Origin: an uncultured Peptococcaceae bacterium
Lineage (GTDB): Bacteria; Bacillota; Peptococcia; Peptococcales; Peptococcaceae
Direction: 5' to 3'
Assembly (NCBI GenBank): GCA_902492275.1
Contig: CABUKW010000003.1
Location: 6,756 to 70,755 of the forward strand
DNA: 64,000 bases
Positions within the stretch are counted from its first letter, which is position 1. Each line of letters opens with the position of its first letter. The notes beneath the pieces are model-generated. The model did not search any database, was not told where the DNA came from, and worked only from the letters and a program-made list of their open reading frames with translations. The position numbers and the translations under genes were made by a program. This document shows positions 8,588 to 18,001 of the stretch, one piece after another.

Positions 8588-9484
8588 ATGAAGAAAGCAC
8601 TTGGCTACGGCATTTTGGCGTCCTTTTTCTTCGCCTTTACCTTTATTTTAAATCGCAGCATGAATTTGGGCGGCGGCTATTGGCTGTGGAGCGCCTGTCT
8701 GCGGTATCTGTTTATGCTGCCCATGCTGGCGGCGTTGGTGTGGCGGGAGCATTCTTGGCCCAAAATCCAGACAGAGATTTTGCGCAAGCCTAAGCGCTGG
8801 ATTTTGTGGAGTACGGTTGGCTTCGGCTTGTTCTATATGCCCCTCACCATGGCGTCTATTTACGGCGAATCCTGGTTTGTGGCGGCCACCTGGCAGCTGA
8901 CCATCGTGGCCGGCGTTTTGCTGACGCCGCTGTTTGGCCGCGCTGTGCCGGTGAAAAATTTTTTGATGTCCTGTTTGGTGCTGTGCGGCATTTTTTTGCT
9001 GCAAGTGCCCAACATCCGCGTCGGCGCTGTGGAAAATATTTTGATGCCGTTGGCGCTGATTTTGGTGGCAGCCTTTTCTTATCCGCTGGGCAACCGCAAG
9101 ATGATGATTTTGTCGGACTTAACCACCTTGCAGCGGGTTTTTGGCATGACGTTGTGCAGTATGCCCTTTTGGCTGCTGTGTTCTGCGGTGGCTTTGGGCC
9201 GCGCCGGTCTGCCCTCCGGCGGGCAGATGGTGCAGTCGTTGGCGGTGGCGCTGTTTTCCGGCGTGATTGCCACCATTTTATTTTTTAAAGCGACCGACTT
9301 GGTAAAAGAAAATCCGCGGCAGCTGGCTGTCATCGAAGCCACCCAATCAGGCGAGGTGCTGTTCACTCTGCTGGGCGGCATTTTATTCTTAGGCGACAGC
9401 GTGCCCGACATGCTGGGCCTGTGCGGCATTTTTATCGTTGTTGCGGGCATGGTGGGCAACAGCCTGGTGAGCCAAGCAACTTAG
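8588..9484 (+). CDS. DMT-superfamily membrane transporter (putative multidrug efflux family)
   Basis: 298 aa, about 10 TM segments; MKKALGYGILASFFFAFTFILNR start. Confidence 0.6.
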   Translation: MKKALGYGILASFFFAFTFILNRSMNLGGGYWLWSACLRYLFMLPMLAALVWREHSWPKIQTEILRKPKRWILWSTVGFGLFYMPLTMASIYGESWFVAATWQLTIVAGVLLTPLFGRAVPVKNFLMSCLVLCGIFLLQVPNIRVGAVENILMPLALILVAAFSYPLGNRKMMILSDLTTLQRVFGMTLCSMPFWLLCSAVALGRAGLPSGGQMVQSLAVALFSGVIATILFFKATDLVKENPRQLAVIEATQSGEVLFTLLGGILFLGDSVPDMLGLCGIFIVVAGMVGNSLVSQAT

Positions 9485-9502
9485 TACGATTTTTTAATAA
9501 AA

Positions 9503-9557
9503 AGAGCCTGCCGTGGCAGTATTGGTTGCGATACTGCTGCGGCAGGCTCTTTGATTT
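9503..9557 (+). terminator. Intrinsic terminator
   Basis: agagcctgccg...cggcaggctct long hairpin followed by ttgattt. Confidence 0.7.
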
Positions 9558-9638
9558 ACCGTAATTTTCAAGATTAACATTTCGGAAACAGTTTATTATT
9601 AATTCGCAAACAACAGCGGCGTAAGATACAAATATCGG

Positions 9639-10055
9639 GTGAATGAAATGTCCGAAATGACAGGAGGTTTGCAAAAAGAAATGGAAAAGAAAAATTTTGT
9701 GTCGTTGTTGTTCAGTGTAGTAGGGCTTGTGCTGTTTGCCTTAGGGATGTGCATGTGCCTGCTGCCGGAATGGAATGCCTTTAATCAGGGGTTGGTATTG
9801 GGCTGCGCAGGTTTGATTGTGTTACTGATTATGGTTATGGTACGCCGCAAGATGGAAGGAAAGCCAATCGTTGCGGTGCCGGACGGCAAAACCATCGGCG
9901 CTATTTTGTTGACAGTTGTAGGCGTGCTGACGTTGGGCGTAGGCATGTGTCTGGTCATGGTTTGGACCGAATATCTGATGGTTGGCGTGGTGATTGGTCT
10001 GATCGGGATTGTGTTGCTGCTGTGTTTGATTCCTATCTTAAAAGGAATTCACTAA
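9639..10055 (+). CDS. Hypothetical 4-TM membrane protein (GxGMC motif pair)
   Basis: 138 aa; two TM hairpins, each with a G(M/V)GMC motif; start codon uncertain. Confidence 0.55.
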   Translation: MNEMSEMTGGLQKEMEKKNFVSLLFSVVGLVLFALGMCMCLLPEWNAFNQGLVLGCAGLIVLLIMVMVRRKMEGKPIVAVPDGKTIGAILLTVVGVLTLGVGMCLVMVWTEYLMVGVVIGLIGIVLLLCLIPILKGIH

Positions 10056-10082
10056 AATTTTTAAGGATGGAGTGTGTAGAAT

Positions 10083-10289
10083 ATGACAGAGTACAAATTA
10101 AAAACGCCGAAAGGTGTGGAGAAGCTGGTAACAGGAACCTATGAAAAAATTCGCGACGGTGTTGTGGATACTTACGAAAAAATTGAAAGCACAATTGTGG
10201 ATAACTACCAGAAAATTGAGGATAAGTTTGTGGATACTTTCTTAGAAAAAGTAGAAACCGAAGAAATTGTGGATAAAAACGACAAGTAA
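10083..10289 (+). CDS. Small hypothetical protein built from 11-residue repeats
   Basis: 68 aa; VTGTYEKIRDG / VVDTYEKIEST / IVDNYQKIEDK / FVDTFLEKVET repeats. Confidence 0.55.
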   Translation: MTEYKLKTPKGVEKLVTGTYEKIRDGVVDTYEKIESTIVDNYQKIEDKFVDTFLEKVETEEIVDKNDK

Positions 10290-10353
10290 TCCACAATTCC
10301 TATCGTTCGTTCGCAGCTGCCGTATCCCCTATCCGCGGCAGCTGTGCTGTCCA

Positions 10354-10392
10354 ATCTCTGCCGCTGTGCAAAAACTGCGGCAGAGATTTTTT
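10354..10392 (+). terminator. Intrinsic terminator
   Basis: atctctgccgc-loop-gcggcagagat followed by tttttt; preceded by a second hairpin, gcagctgccg...cggcagctg. Confidence 0.8.
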
Positions 10393-10468
10393 GCTTGCCT
10401 CTGAAATGGAAACAAAACTTTAACAATTCGGTGGTATAATAAAAAAAATACGCTGAGGAGGTGTAGGG

Positions 10469-11140
10469 ATGGTGCGCATTTTAGTAGTAGAGGACGATAG
10501 GGAACTGAATAAGGTGGTGTGTTCCTTTTTGACACAGCAGGGCTATGACGCCGTAGGCTGTTTGAGCGCCACGGAAGCTTATGATGCTATGTATGGCGGC
10601 GTTTTTGATTTCATCATTTCAGATATTATGATGCCCGGTGTGGACGGGTTTGAATTTGCCCAGACGGTACGGGAGCTGAATGCAGAAATTCCTATTTTGT
10701 TTATGACAGCGCGGGACGATTTGTCGGCCAAACAACGGGGCTTTCGCGCAGGCATCGACGATTATATGGTGAAGCCGGTGGATTTAGACGAATTGGTGCT
10801 GCGCATCGGCGCGCTGCTGCGGCGGTCTAAAATTGCCAGCAGCAAAAAACTGACGGTAGGCGCGTTGACGCTGGATGCCGAAGAGCATACCGCCTATTTG
10901 GACGATGCGGAAATTGCGCTGACAGTGCGGGAATTTAATCTGCTTTACAAGCTGCTGTCCTATCCGCGCAAAACCTTTACCCGCGCCCAGTTGATGGACG
11001 AATTTTGGGACGCTGACAGCGCTTCCGGGCCGCGGGTGGTGGATGTGTATATCACCAAGCTGCGGGATAAATTGTCGGCCTGTGAGGATTTTGAAATTGT
11101 GACAGTCCATGGCCTGGGGTATAAGGCGGTGCTGAAATGA
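10469..11140 (+). CDS. OmpR-family response regulator
   Basis: 223 aa; receiver (ILVVEDD...DFIISDIMMPGVDG) plus winged-helix output (LTVREFNLLYKLL...GLGYK). Confidence 0.9.
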   Translation: MVRILVVEDDRELNKVVCSFLTQQGYDAVGCLSATEAYDAMYGGVFDFIISDIMMPGVDGFEFAQTVRELNAEIPILFMTARDDLSAKQRGFRAGIDDYMVKPVDLDELVLRIGALLRRSKIASSKKLTVGALTLDAEEHTAYLDDAEIALTVREFNLLYKLLSYPRKTFTRAQLMDEFWDADSASGPRVVDVYITKLRDKLSACEDFEIVTVHGLGYKAVLK

Positions 11141-12195
11141 AAGCGGACAACGTTAGTCAAAAGGTTCATCGCAGCTTATTTTCGGCGCGGCGCTATGTAA
11201 CGTTTTTTCTGCTGATTTCTTTTGTGGTGACAACCAATTTTATTTTGTTTTTGCGAACGTTAGGGGTAACGGTTACCGATGTGCGCGGCAGCGCCATCCT
11301 TACTTTTTGCAATGTCATATTTCTAAGTTTGGTATTTACAGTTTGCGACGGAGTGCGGCAACAGTATATGGTGGAACGTCCCATGCGGCGCATTCTGCAG
11401 GCTACCCAGCGGATTACGCAGGGCGATTTTTCGGTGCGGATTCAGCCGCTGCACGGTTTGGAATGGATGAATGAATTTGATGTGATTATTGCCGATTTTA
11501 ATAAAATGGCGGAAGAACTGTCCAGCATTGAAACCTTGCGCACCGACTTTATTGCCAGTGTGTCCCATGAATTGAAAACGCCGTTGGCCGTGATGCAAAA
11601 CTATGCCACCATGCTGCAGGCGCCCAATCTTACGGCGGGCCAACGAGCCGAATATACCCGCGCCATTGCCGACGCCGCACGGCGGCTTTCCGAGTTGATT
11701 ACCAATATTTTGCGGCTGAATAAGCTGGAAAATCAAAATATTTTTCCCGATGTAACGCAGTACAATTTGGGAGAACAACTGCGGGAATGCGTGTTAGCCT
11801 TGGAAGATTTGTGGGACAAAAAAAATTTGCAGTTAGAAATTGCCATTGACGATGTGCAGGTGGAAGCCGACGCCGAATTGCTGATGCTGGTGTGGAATAA
11901 TTTGCTCTCCAATGCCATTAAATTTACCGAGGATGGCGGCGCCATTGCCGTAACTGTAACAGAAACCGGCCGATGGGCGGTGGTCAGTATTGCGGATACC
12001 GGCTGCGGCATCCGCGCCGAGGTTGGGCGGCGTATATTTGAAAAATTTTATCAGGGCGACAGCTCCCACGCCACGCAGGGCAACGGCTTGGGTTTGGCAC
12101 TGGTGAAACGTATTGTAGATATTATTGGCGGGGAAATATCGGTAGAAAGTGCTGTCGGTGTAGGCAGCACCTTTACCGTGCGGTTGCCCAAATGA
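11137..12195 (+). CDS. Sensor histidine kinase
   Basis: 352 aa; two TM segments, HAMP-like region, H-box SHELKTPL, N/G boxes (NAIKFT, DTGCGI, GLGLALV); overlaps the response-regulator stop by 4 nt. Confidence 0.9.
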   Translation: MKADNVSQKVHRSLFSARRYVTFFLLISFVVTTNFILFLRTLGVTVTDVRGSAILTFCNVIFLSLVFTVCDGVRQQYMVERPMRRILQATQRITQGDFSVRIQPLHGLEWMNEFDVIIADFNKMAEELSSIETLRTDFIASVSHELKTPLAVMQNYATMLQAPNLTAGQRAEYTRAIADAARRLSELITNILRLNKLENQNIFPDVTQYNLGEQLRECVLALEDLWDKKNLQLEIAIDDVQVEADAELLMLVWNNLLSNAIKFTEDGGAIAVTVTETGRWAVVSIADTGCGIRAEVGRRIFEKFYQGDSSHATQGNGLGLALVKRIVDIIGGEISVESAVGVGSTFTVRLPK

Positions 12196-13097
12196 GCGAT
12201 AAAAAACGTTGGCGAACCTTTCTATGGCACTGCCTGTATCCTGGCTGGTTGTGGGTGGTTTTGTTAGCCCTGCTTTCCGCAGCAGCTTTGGTATATGTTT
12301 TTACTGCCCAGAAGGAAGATACCATTCTGGCCTACGTGACTTATGTAGTCTCTTTTTATGCGCTGGTGATTGTTTGCGCGTTGGGATGGAAACAGGGACG
12401 GGCTATCCGGCAATTTTTGTATCATCATCAGTTCAGCAGCCGTTATCTTACCGATTTTGTGTTTCGCACGCGGCTGGGTCTGTATCCATCTTTCTGCATG
12501 CACGGCTTGTATGCCGCCTTTCATGTTGCGATAGGCGTGTATGACCGCTCGCCCTGGTTTGGTGCGCTGGGTGTGTATTACTTTGTTTTGAGCCTGATTA
12601 AATTTTCATTGTTGCGGCATTTAGGAACCGATAGCGTACAGAGGAACTTGAAAAAGTATCGTTTTTGCGGCGGTTTGTTGCTGATGATGAGTTTGGCTAT
12701 GACTATCGTTGTCTGGCAGATGATAAATGGACACGATGGCCGTCAATATCCGGGCTATCTCATCTATGTAGTGGCGCTGTATGCCTTTTACGCGTTTGGA
12801 AATGCCATAAAAAATATGATCAAATGCAGAAAGCTGTACAATCCGATTTTATCGGCAGCAAAAATGATAAGCTTTGCTACGGCGATGGTTTCTATGCTAT
12901 CTTTGCAGGCAGCCATGTTTCAATCATTCGGGGGAACACTGTCTTTGCGGCGCACGATGAGTTTTTGGACCGGTAGCGCGGTGTGTGTGTTTCTATTTGC
13001 CATGGCTTTGTATATGATTGTACATGGCAATCGGCAGCTACAAAAAATTGCAGCACAGCAAGAAAACATGAGGAATGGGGGAAAGAACCTTGAATAA
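12192..13097 (+). CDS. Hypothetical polytopic membrane protein co-transcribed with the two-component system
   Basis: 301 aa, about 7-8 TM segments; start overlaps the kinase stop (ATGA). Confidence 0.6.
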   Translation: MSDKKRWRTFLWHCLYPGWLWVVLLALLSAAALVYVFTAQKEDTILAYVTYVVSFYALVIVCALGWKQGRAIRQFLYHHQFSSRYLTDFVFRTRLGLYPSFCMHGLYAAFHVAIGVYDRSPWFGALGVYYFVLSLIKFSLLRHLGTDSVQRNLKKYRFCGGLLLMMSLAMTIVVWQMINGHDGRQYPGYLIYVVALYAFYAFGNAIKNMIKCRKLYNPILSAAKMISFATAMVSMLSLQAAMFQSFGGTLSLRRTMSFWTGSAVCVFLFAMALYMIVHGNRQLQKIAAQQENMRNGGKNLE

Positions 13098-13503
13098 ACA
13101 TCAGGAGTGCGTTGCACATGTCACTGGGGAGCAGAAAGAAAATTTTTCTTACACTTATTCAGCCCGTCAGCAAGAGGAAATATTGGCCATCCGGCAAAAA
13201 TATTTGTCCCCGGCAGAAGATAAAATGGAACAACTGCGTAGATTGGATAGAAAGACGCATTTGCCCGGCGTTATTGCAGCAATCGCTGTAAGGTTAATCG
13301 GTATCTTAGCCTTCGGTGTTGGACTGTGCTGTGTTACTATTGAAAGCTGGGAAATGTATTTTATACAGGGTGTATTTTTAGGCATCGTGGGGTTGCTATT
13401 GATGATCGCAGCGATTCCGTTGCATCACAGCATTACAAACTATATGCGAAAGAAAATGGCTGCGGAAGTGCTGGCGATTACCGACGAGCTTTTGCAAAAA
13501 TAA
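13075..13503 (+). CDS. Hypothetical membrane protein (GxGLC motif; resembles the 9639-10055 product)
   Basis: 142 aa; helical N-terminus then a TM hairpin with GVGLCC. Start uncertain; overlaps the previous gene by 23 nt. Confidence 0.5.
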   Translation: MGERTLNKHQECVAHVTGEQKENFSYTYSARQQEEILAIRQKYLSPAEDKMEQLRRLDRKTHLPGVIAAIAVRLIGILAFGVGLCCVTIESWEMYFIQGVFLGIVGLLLMIAAIPLHHSITNYMRKKMAAEVLAITDELLQK

Positions 13504-13618
13504 ATAAGAACGATTTTATTTCCTGCCAAATTATTGCGCGGGAAATATTTTTTTCGTCAAAAAAATTTCCCGCCTTCAAAAAAATAAAATAGCTCGACAG
13601 CAATTCTATTGCTACAAG

Positions 13619-13634
13619 TATTTCCCGGAAAATA
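13619..13634. promoter_or_regulatory. Noc-binding-site-like motif (15/16 match to TATTTCCCGGGAAATA)
   Basis: TATTTCCCGGAAAATA. The 21-mer agtatttcccggaaaataatt recurs exactly at 34564-34584. Further TTTCCCG half-sites lie at about 13537-13548 and 13565-13573. Confidence 0.4.
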
Positions 13635-13662
13635 ATTCGACAAAAAATTTTTGAAAAACTTC

Positions 13663-13693
13663 TTGACTCTGCCCTAAGGTCAGACAGTACACT
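13663..13693 (+). promoter_or_regulatory. MerR-type promoter with 19-bp spacer and dyad operator
   Basis: TTGACT (13663-13668), 19-bp spacer ctgccctaaggtcagacag containing an imperfect dyad, then TACACT (13688-13693). Confidence 0.65.
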
Positions 13694-13735
13694 AAATATA
13701 ACAATTCGAATTGGAAATTTAGAGGAGTGGATAGT

Positions 13736-14539
13736 ATGTTGAGTATTGGAGAATTTTCCCGCGCATGTCAGGTTACCATCAAAGCGCTGCATCACTATGA
13801 TAAGCTGGATTTGGTGAAGCCGGCCTACATTGATTCACAAAGCGGGTATCGTTATTACGAAACCAATCAAGTGCCCCAGCTGTTATTGATTCAGCGTCTG
13901 AAACGCTACGGATTTTCGTTGGCTGAAATTCAGCAGCTTTTGTCCACCGATAATCAGAGTATACTCGTTGCAAAATTATCTGCGCAGAAAGAAATTTTAA
14001 AGCAGCAAGTGACACAAACCAACAGTATTGTGCATGAGCTGGAGCAGCATCTACGAGATTTTGAAAGGACGGGAAATATTATGAGTTATCAGAATCAATA
14101 TCAGATTATCTTAAAAGAAACCGACGATATGGCGATTATCAGTTATCGACAGCAGATGAGTGTGGAGGATTTTTGTCAGGCGTACAGCAAATTGTTTGAG
14201 CGCGTTGCGCGGGAACATATCCAGGTGGTTGCGCCGGTGATGACCATTTATCATGACAAGGTGTTTCATCCTGACAGCAGCGATATGGAAGTGGCGGCGC
14301 CAGTAGAAGCCAAACAGGCTGACCGTGTGCTGCAAGGCGGCTTATGCGCCACTACCATACATCGCGGCGCCTATTCGTCTATGGCCGACGCTTACGGTGC
14401 GTTGACCAAATGGATTGCTGACAACGGCTATGAAATCATCGGCACGCCCTACGATATTTATTGGAAGAGCCATCAAGACGGTGTGACGAATGTAGACGAG
14501 TGGGAAACAGAAATTCGGTTCCCGATTGGGAAAAAATAA
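13736..14539 (+). CDS. MerR-family regulator with GyrI-like effector domain (BmrR-like)
   Basis: MLSIGEFSRACQVTIKALHHYDKLDLVKP...SGYRYY HTH; C-terminal GyrI-like half; ATG at 13736 after AGAGGAG. Confidence 0.85.
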   Translation: MLSIGEFSRACQVTIKALHHYDKLDLVKPAYIDSQSGYRYYETNQVPQLLLIQRLKRYGFSLAEIQQLLSTDNQSILVAKLSAQKEILKQQVTQTNSIVHELEQHLRDFERTGNIMSYQNQYQIILKETDDMAIISYRQQMSVEDFCQAYSKLFERVAREHIQVVAPVMTIYHDKVFHPDSSDMEVAAPVEAKQADRVLQGGLCATTIHRGAYSSMADAYGALTKWIADNGYEIIGTPYDIYWKSHQDGVTNVDEWETEIRFPIGKK

Positions 14540-14661
14540 AAGAATTTCCATAGCGCGGCTGCGGCGGCATAACGATTGGTTCTACCGTCGGCTGCCGATT
14601 GGTAGGTATTGGGCAAGGGGTCGGTGAATTGCCGACTCCTTTTTGGACCGTTGCTGTGACA

Positions 14662-14694
14662 GATGGGTGGGCGAATCTCCCACCCATCCTTTTG
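14662..14694 (+). terminator. Intrinsic terminator
   Basis: gatgggtggg-loop-cccacccatc followed by cttttg. Confidence 0.6.
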
Positions 14695-14881
14695 CTGCTG
14701 CTGGAAACCGATTGCGGCAAAATTTTTTTAGCGCCGTCAGCGCCCTTCCTGCCGCAAAGGTTACGCCACGGTAACTATGCCACAAGATTGTGCGTACTTT
14801 TCATGCCTGAAAAAGAGAATTATAATAACAGCATAGCAAGTGAGACAAACAAAAAATATAAAATTTATGGAGGTCATGAAC

Positions 14882-15511
14882 ATGAAAGTAGCAGTTGTAT
14901 GCGCAAACGGTAAAGCAGGAAAATTAATCGTGCAGGAAGCAGTGGAACGGGGCTTGGATGTAACAGCCATCGTGCGCGGAGAAAACAAAACGGTAGCCCA
15001 AAAAGCGCTGATTAAGGATTTATTTGATTTAACGGCACAGGATTTGGCGGGATTTGATGTTGTAATTGACGCTTTTGGCGCATGGACGCCGGAAACCTTG
15101 CCGCAGCACAGCACTTCATTGAAACATTTGTGCGATTTATTGAGCGGCACCAAAATCCGTTTGCTGGTGGTAGGCGGTGCAGGCAGCTTGTATGTGAATG
15201 CAGAACACACCGCTCAGGTTATGGACGGCGCCGACTTCCCAGAAATGTTTAAACCGCTGGCAGCCGCTCAGGGAAAAGCTCTGGACGAATTGCGGGCCAG
15301 AAAGGATGTACAGTGGACCTTTATCAGCCCTGCCGGCGATTTCCAGGCTGACGGCGCAAGAACCGGCGCTTATCTGTTAGGCGGCGAGGAATTGCTGCTG
15401 AACAGCAAAGGGCAAAGCGTCATCAGCTATGCCGACTATGCCATCGCTATGGTAGATGAAGCGGTGAAAGGCAACCATGTGCAGCAGAGAATTTCTGTAG
15501 TTGCCGAATAA
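14882..15511 (+). CDS. NAD(P)H-binding (atypical SDR, NmrA/BVR-B-like) oxidoreductase
   Basis: MKVAVVCANGKAGKLIVQEAVERGLDVTAIVR Rossmann start; RBS GGAGG. Confidence 0.75.
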   Translation: MKVAVVCANGKAGKLIVQEAVERGLDVTAIVRGENKTVAQKALIKDLFDLTAQDLAGFDVVIDAFGAWTPETLPQHSTSLKHLCDLLSGTKIRLLVVGGAGSLYVNAEHTAQVMDGADFPEMFKPLAAAQGKALDELRARKDVQWTFISPAGDFQADGARTGAYLLGGEELLLNSKGQSVISYADYAIAMVDEAVKGNHVQQRISVVAE

Positions 15512-15523
15512 AAAAGCAATAGG

Positions 15524-15565
15524 AAAAGAGCGCGAAACAATTTTCTTGCTTTGCGCTCTTTTATT
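15524..15565. terminator. Bidirectional intrinsic terminator between convergent genes
   Basis: aaaagagcgc-loop-gcgctctttt. Confidence 0.7.
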
Positions 15566-15577
15566 GTGCAGAAAAAA

Positions 15578-16525
15578 TTATAATCGGACGTTTTTTAGGA
15601 AAAATTGCGTGTACCGTATCAGCGCGTAAGTAACCATCACAACGGCAATAAGCTGTTCTGCCAGTATGAGACCGTTGCATACAGCAATAAGCTTTGCATT
15701 AGGAAGATTGCATATCGAGATAAATTTTTGCAGCGCGACGGCAGGAATCACAAAGGGAAAGGTGAGCGCGCCGTAGCTGGGATAAAAGGGCAGCCGCAAA
15801 ATCTTTGGCAAATGATACAATACAAAAAAATAGGCCCCTTGCCCCAGGCAGATAAACAAGGCTGCCAGCATGAAATTGGGATGGGCCGTACAGCTCAGAT
15901 AAGCGGTTAAGCTTAAATTGAAAGGCGCGGCAAAAATGCAGAGCGTAGGCAGCGCAGACGGTTCTACCGGCAATTTGTGATATCGGTAAGCTGCAATAAA
16001 GTACCACGGTAAAAATAGCAGGAAGCCTATCCAAAAGATATACTGCGCAGTGTGCTGCATCTGAAAATGGGGAGCGACGACTGCGGCAAGCATATTGCCG
16101 CCATAAAGAACATTCCAAGTAGCGAACACATCGTTTAATTGAAACTTACGCAAAAAACGCAGGCTAAATGTCAACACCAGAATAATATGACCTGCGTTGG
16201 CAATCACCCAGAATATAAAAGCGACGCGATAGCAAATAACGGACAGGGCGGCAGAAAATTGCAGCAAGGTCATAAAGAAGGCTTCCAACACGCTGAAGGT
16301 CAGCGGATTTTGCAGCTCCTGCCGCGCCTGCGCCCAGCAAAAGAGAAACTTTAGAATTAATAGCAGCCACAATGCTGCTGCGGCGCTTAAATAAAGACAA
16401 TGGAAAAGGGCGTTTTTTTCCAGCATGTTTCCAAGCGCACTTAATCCTAATGTTAGACCGCATACAGCGATTGGCAACTGGCGCAGAAAATTTAGAAGAG
16501 GATTGTTATGGTTCAAAGTTATCAC
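15578..16525 (-). CDS. TDT-family (TehA/SLAC1-like) anion transporter
   Basis: 315 aa, about 10 TM segments; LPIAVCGLTLGLSALGN N-terminal motif. Confidence 0.6.
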   Translation of the reverse strand: MITLNHNNPLLNFLRQLPIAVCGLTLGLSALGNMLEKNALFHCLYLSAAAALWLLLILKFLFCWAQARQELQNPLTFSVLEAFFMTLLQFSAALSVICYRVAFIFWVIANAGHIILVLTFSLRFLRKFQLNDVFATWNVLYGGNMLAAVVAPHFQMQHTAQYIFWIGFLLFLPWYFIAAYRYHKLPVEPSALPTLCIFAAPFNLSLTAYLSCTAHPNFMLAALFICLGQGAYFFVLYHLPKILRLPFYPSYGALTFPFVIPAVALQKFISICNLPNAKLIAVCNGLILAEQLIAVVMVTYALIRYTQFFLKNVRL

Positions 16526-16549
16526 CGGTTTGTATAAGAATTTTGCAAA

Positions 16550-16565
16550 TGTTTCACGTGAAACA
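16550..16565. promoter_or_regulatory. parS, perfect 16-mer
   Basis: ttttgcaaaTGTTTCACGTGAAACAtttat; 12 nt after the hxlR-like stop, upstream of the TDT transporter gene. Confidence 0.85.
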
Positions 16566-16576
16566 TTTATAAATTA

Positions 16577-16960
16577 TCAGCAGTAATCGCATGTTTTGCA
16601 TTGCGGCGGCGTGTATTCGCTGCATTCTTTGTGATATGTGCCGGACCAACGACAAATGCTTTGTAAAATTGGCACAATCGAGGCGCCTTTTTCTGTGAGA
16701 CAATATTCAACGCGCGGCGGGATTTCTTCATATTGCTGGCGTTTGACAATATTATCTGCCAACAGTTCTTTGAGTGCGGCAGCAAGGACAGCGTCGGTGA
16801 TATTGACCATTTCTCTGCGCAGCTCCTTATATCGCAGCTGTTTTTTTGCTGCCAATACGCAAATAATACGAGATTTCCATTTTCCGCCGAAAATGTGCAG
16901 ACCGTATTCCAGTGGACAGCGGATATCTTTTTCCAGTTTGGGCTGATACATTGGTTTCAC
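16577..16960 (-). CDS. HxlR-family transcriptional regulator with Cys-rich tail
   Basis: 127 aa; CPLEYGLHIFGGKWKSRIICVL...YEEIPPRVEYCLTEKG. Confidence 0.8.
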   Translation of the reverse strand: MKPMYQPKLEKDIRCPLEYGLHIFGGKWKSRIICVLAAKKQLRYKELRREMVNITDAVLAAALKELLADNIVKRQQYEEIPPRVEYCLTEKGASIVPILQSICRWSGTYHKECSEYTPPQCKTCDYC

Positions 16961-17122
16961 ATCCTTATCTACGTCTAATTATAAAGAGAACTGTTGGTGA
17001 AAGCAAGTTACTATGAAATTTATAAGTAGCTTATCATTTTATTAAGGTCTTTTTTTTGATTTTGCTCCCGCTTATAATAGGAACAAGCGCAAGGCGCAAT
17101 AAAAAATTGGAGGTATCATGGG

Positions 17123-17413
17123 ATGGATGTAAAAGCTTATCTGGAAATTACTATGAAAATCGAAAAAGCAAATCGGGCTGCTGCAGCCGAGATTTACAGC
17201 AAGTACCGCGAACCATTTTTGCAGGAGATTACAGGCGCGCAGACAAAGGAATTGTTGATTCGCGATGAAGATGTGCAGGTTCTGCACGGCTTTGATAGTG
17301 TAGATCATGCGCAGGCGTATTTGCAGAGCGCGTTGTTTCAGCATGACGTCTTTGTCGGGCTGCAGCCTTTATGGAGTGCCGCGCCTGAGGTGAAGGTTTA
17401 TGGTGTCGCTTAA
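17123..17413 (+). CDS. Small hypothetical protein
   Basis: 96 aa; divergent from the HxlR regulator gene; no family recognised. Confidence 0.5.
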   Translation: MDVKAYLEITMKIEKANRAAAAEIYSKYREPFLQEITGAQTKELLIRDEDVQVLHGFDSVDHAQAYLQSALFQHDVFVGLQPLWSAAPEVKVYGVA

Positions 17414-17440
17414 AGTGTTTCTGTTTTGTTAAATTGCAAA

Positions 17441-17456
17441 TGTTTCACGTGAAACA
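17441..17456. promoter_or_regulatory. parS, perfect 16-mer
   Basis: aaattgcaaaTGTTTCACGTGAAACAtttgcaatttt; 28 nt after the stop at 17413. Confidence 0.85.
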
Positions 17457-17558
17457 TTTGCAATTTTCCTGCGGAAATCATCTGGCTAAAAAGCGGCAAA
17501 AAAATTCGCGGCTTGCTTATCGATGTGGTATAATAAAAAGAAAAAGGAGTTGTGTGCC

Positions 17559-17981
17559 GTGAGCCAGAAAAAAATAGAGAGTGGATTGGTTGCGCTGACC
17601 ACACCGCAAAATCCGGTGGAATCGGAAATGCTGCAGGATTTGCTGCGTCAGGCGCAGATTCCTGTGCTGGTGCAGGATGAAGCGGGCGTAGGCGGCTACA
17701 TGAAAATCTATATGGGCTATTCCATTTATGGCGAAACCTTGTATGTGCATCGGGAAGATTTTGCCCGCGCCCAGGAATTATTGCAGAGTTTGCGGCAGGG
17801 CAGCGAGACGGCCATTTTAGAGGCGCAGACCGATGCCTGCGACGACGCCGAGGCATTTGAAGAGCAGCAGCAAGGCTCTGCGGTGCAGGACGAGTCTGAA
17901 CCAAAGGAAAAATCTATCTGGCCGGGTATTTTGATTTTGGCGGTAGCCATTGTGATCGCGTTGTTGGGTATGGGGCGTTAA
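17559..17981 (+). CDS. DUF2007-like (putative signal-transducing) protein with C-terminal TM anchor
   Basis: GTG at 17559 after AAAGGAG. The ATG at 17523 lies inside a TGGTATAAT -10 box. LQDLLRQAQIPVLVQDE...; C-terminal ILILAVAIVIALLG. Confidence 0.5.
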   Translation: MSQKKIESGLVALTTPQNPVESEMLQDLLRQAQIPVLVQDEAGVGGYMKIYMGYSIYGETLYVHREDFARAQELLQSLRQGSETAILEAQTDACDDAEAFEEQQQGSAVQDESEPKEKSIWPGILILAVAIVIALLGMGR

Positions 17982-18001
17982 TGGGAAACAGAGGTGCGAA
18001 T

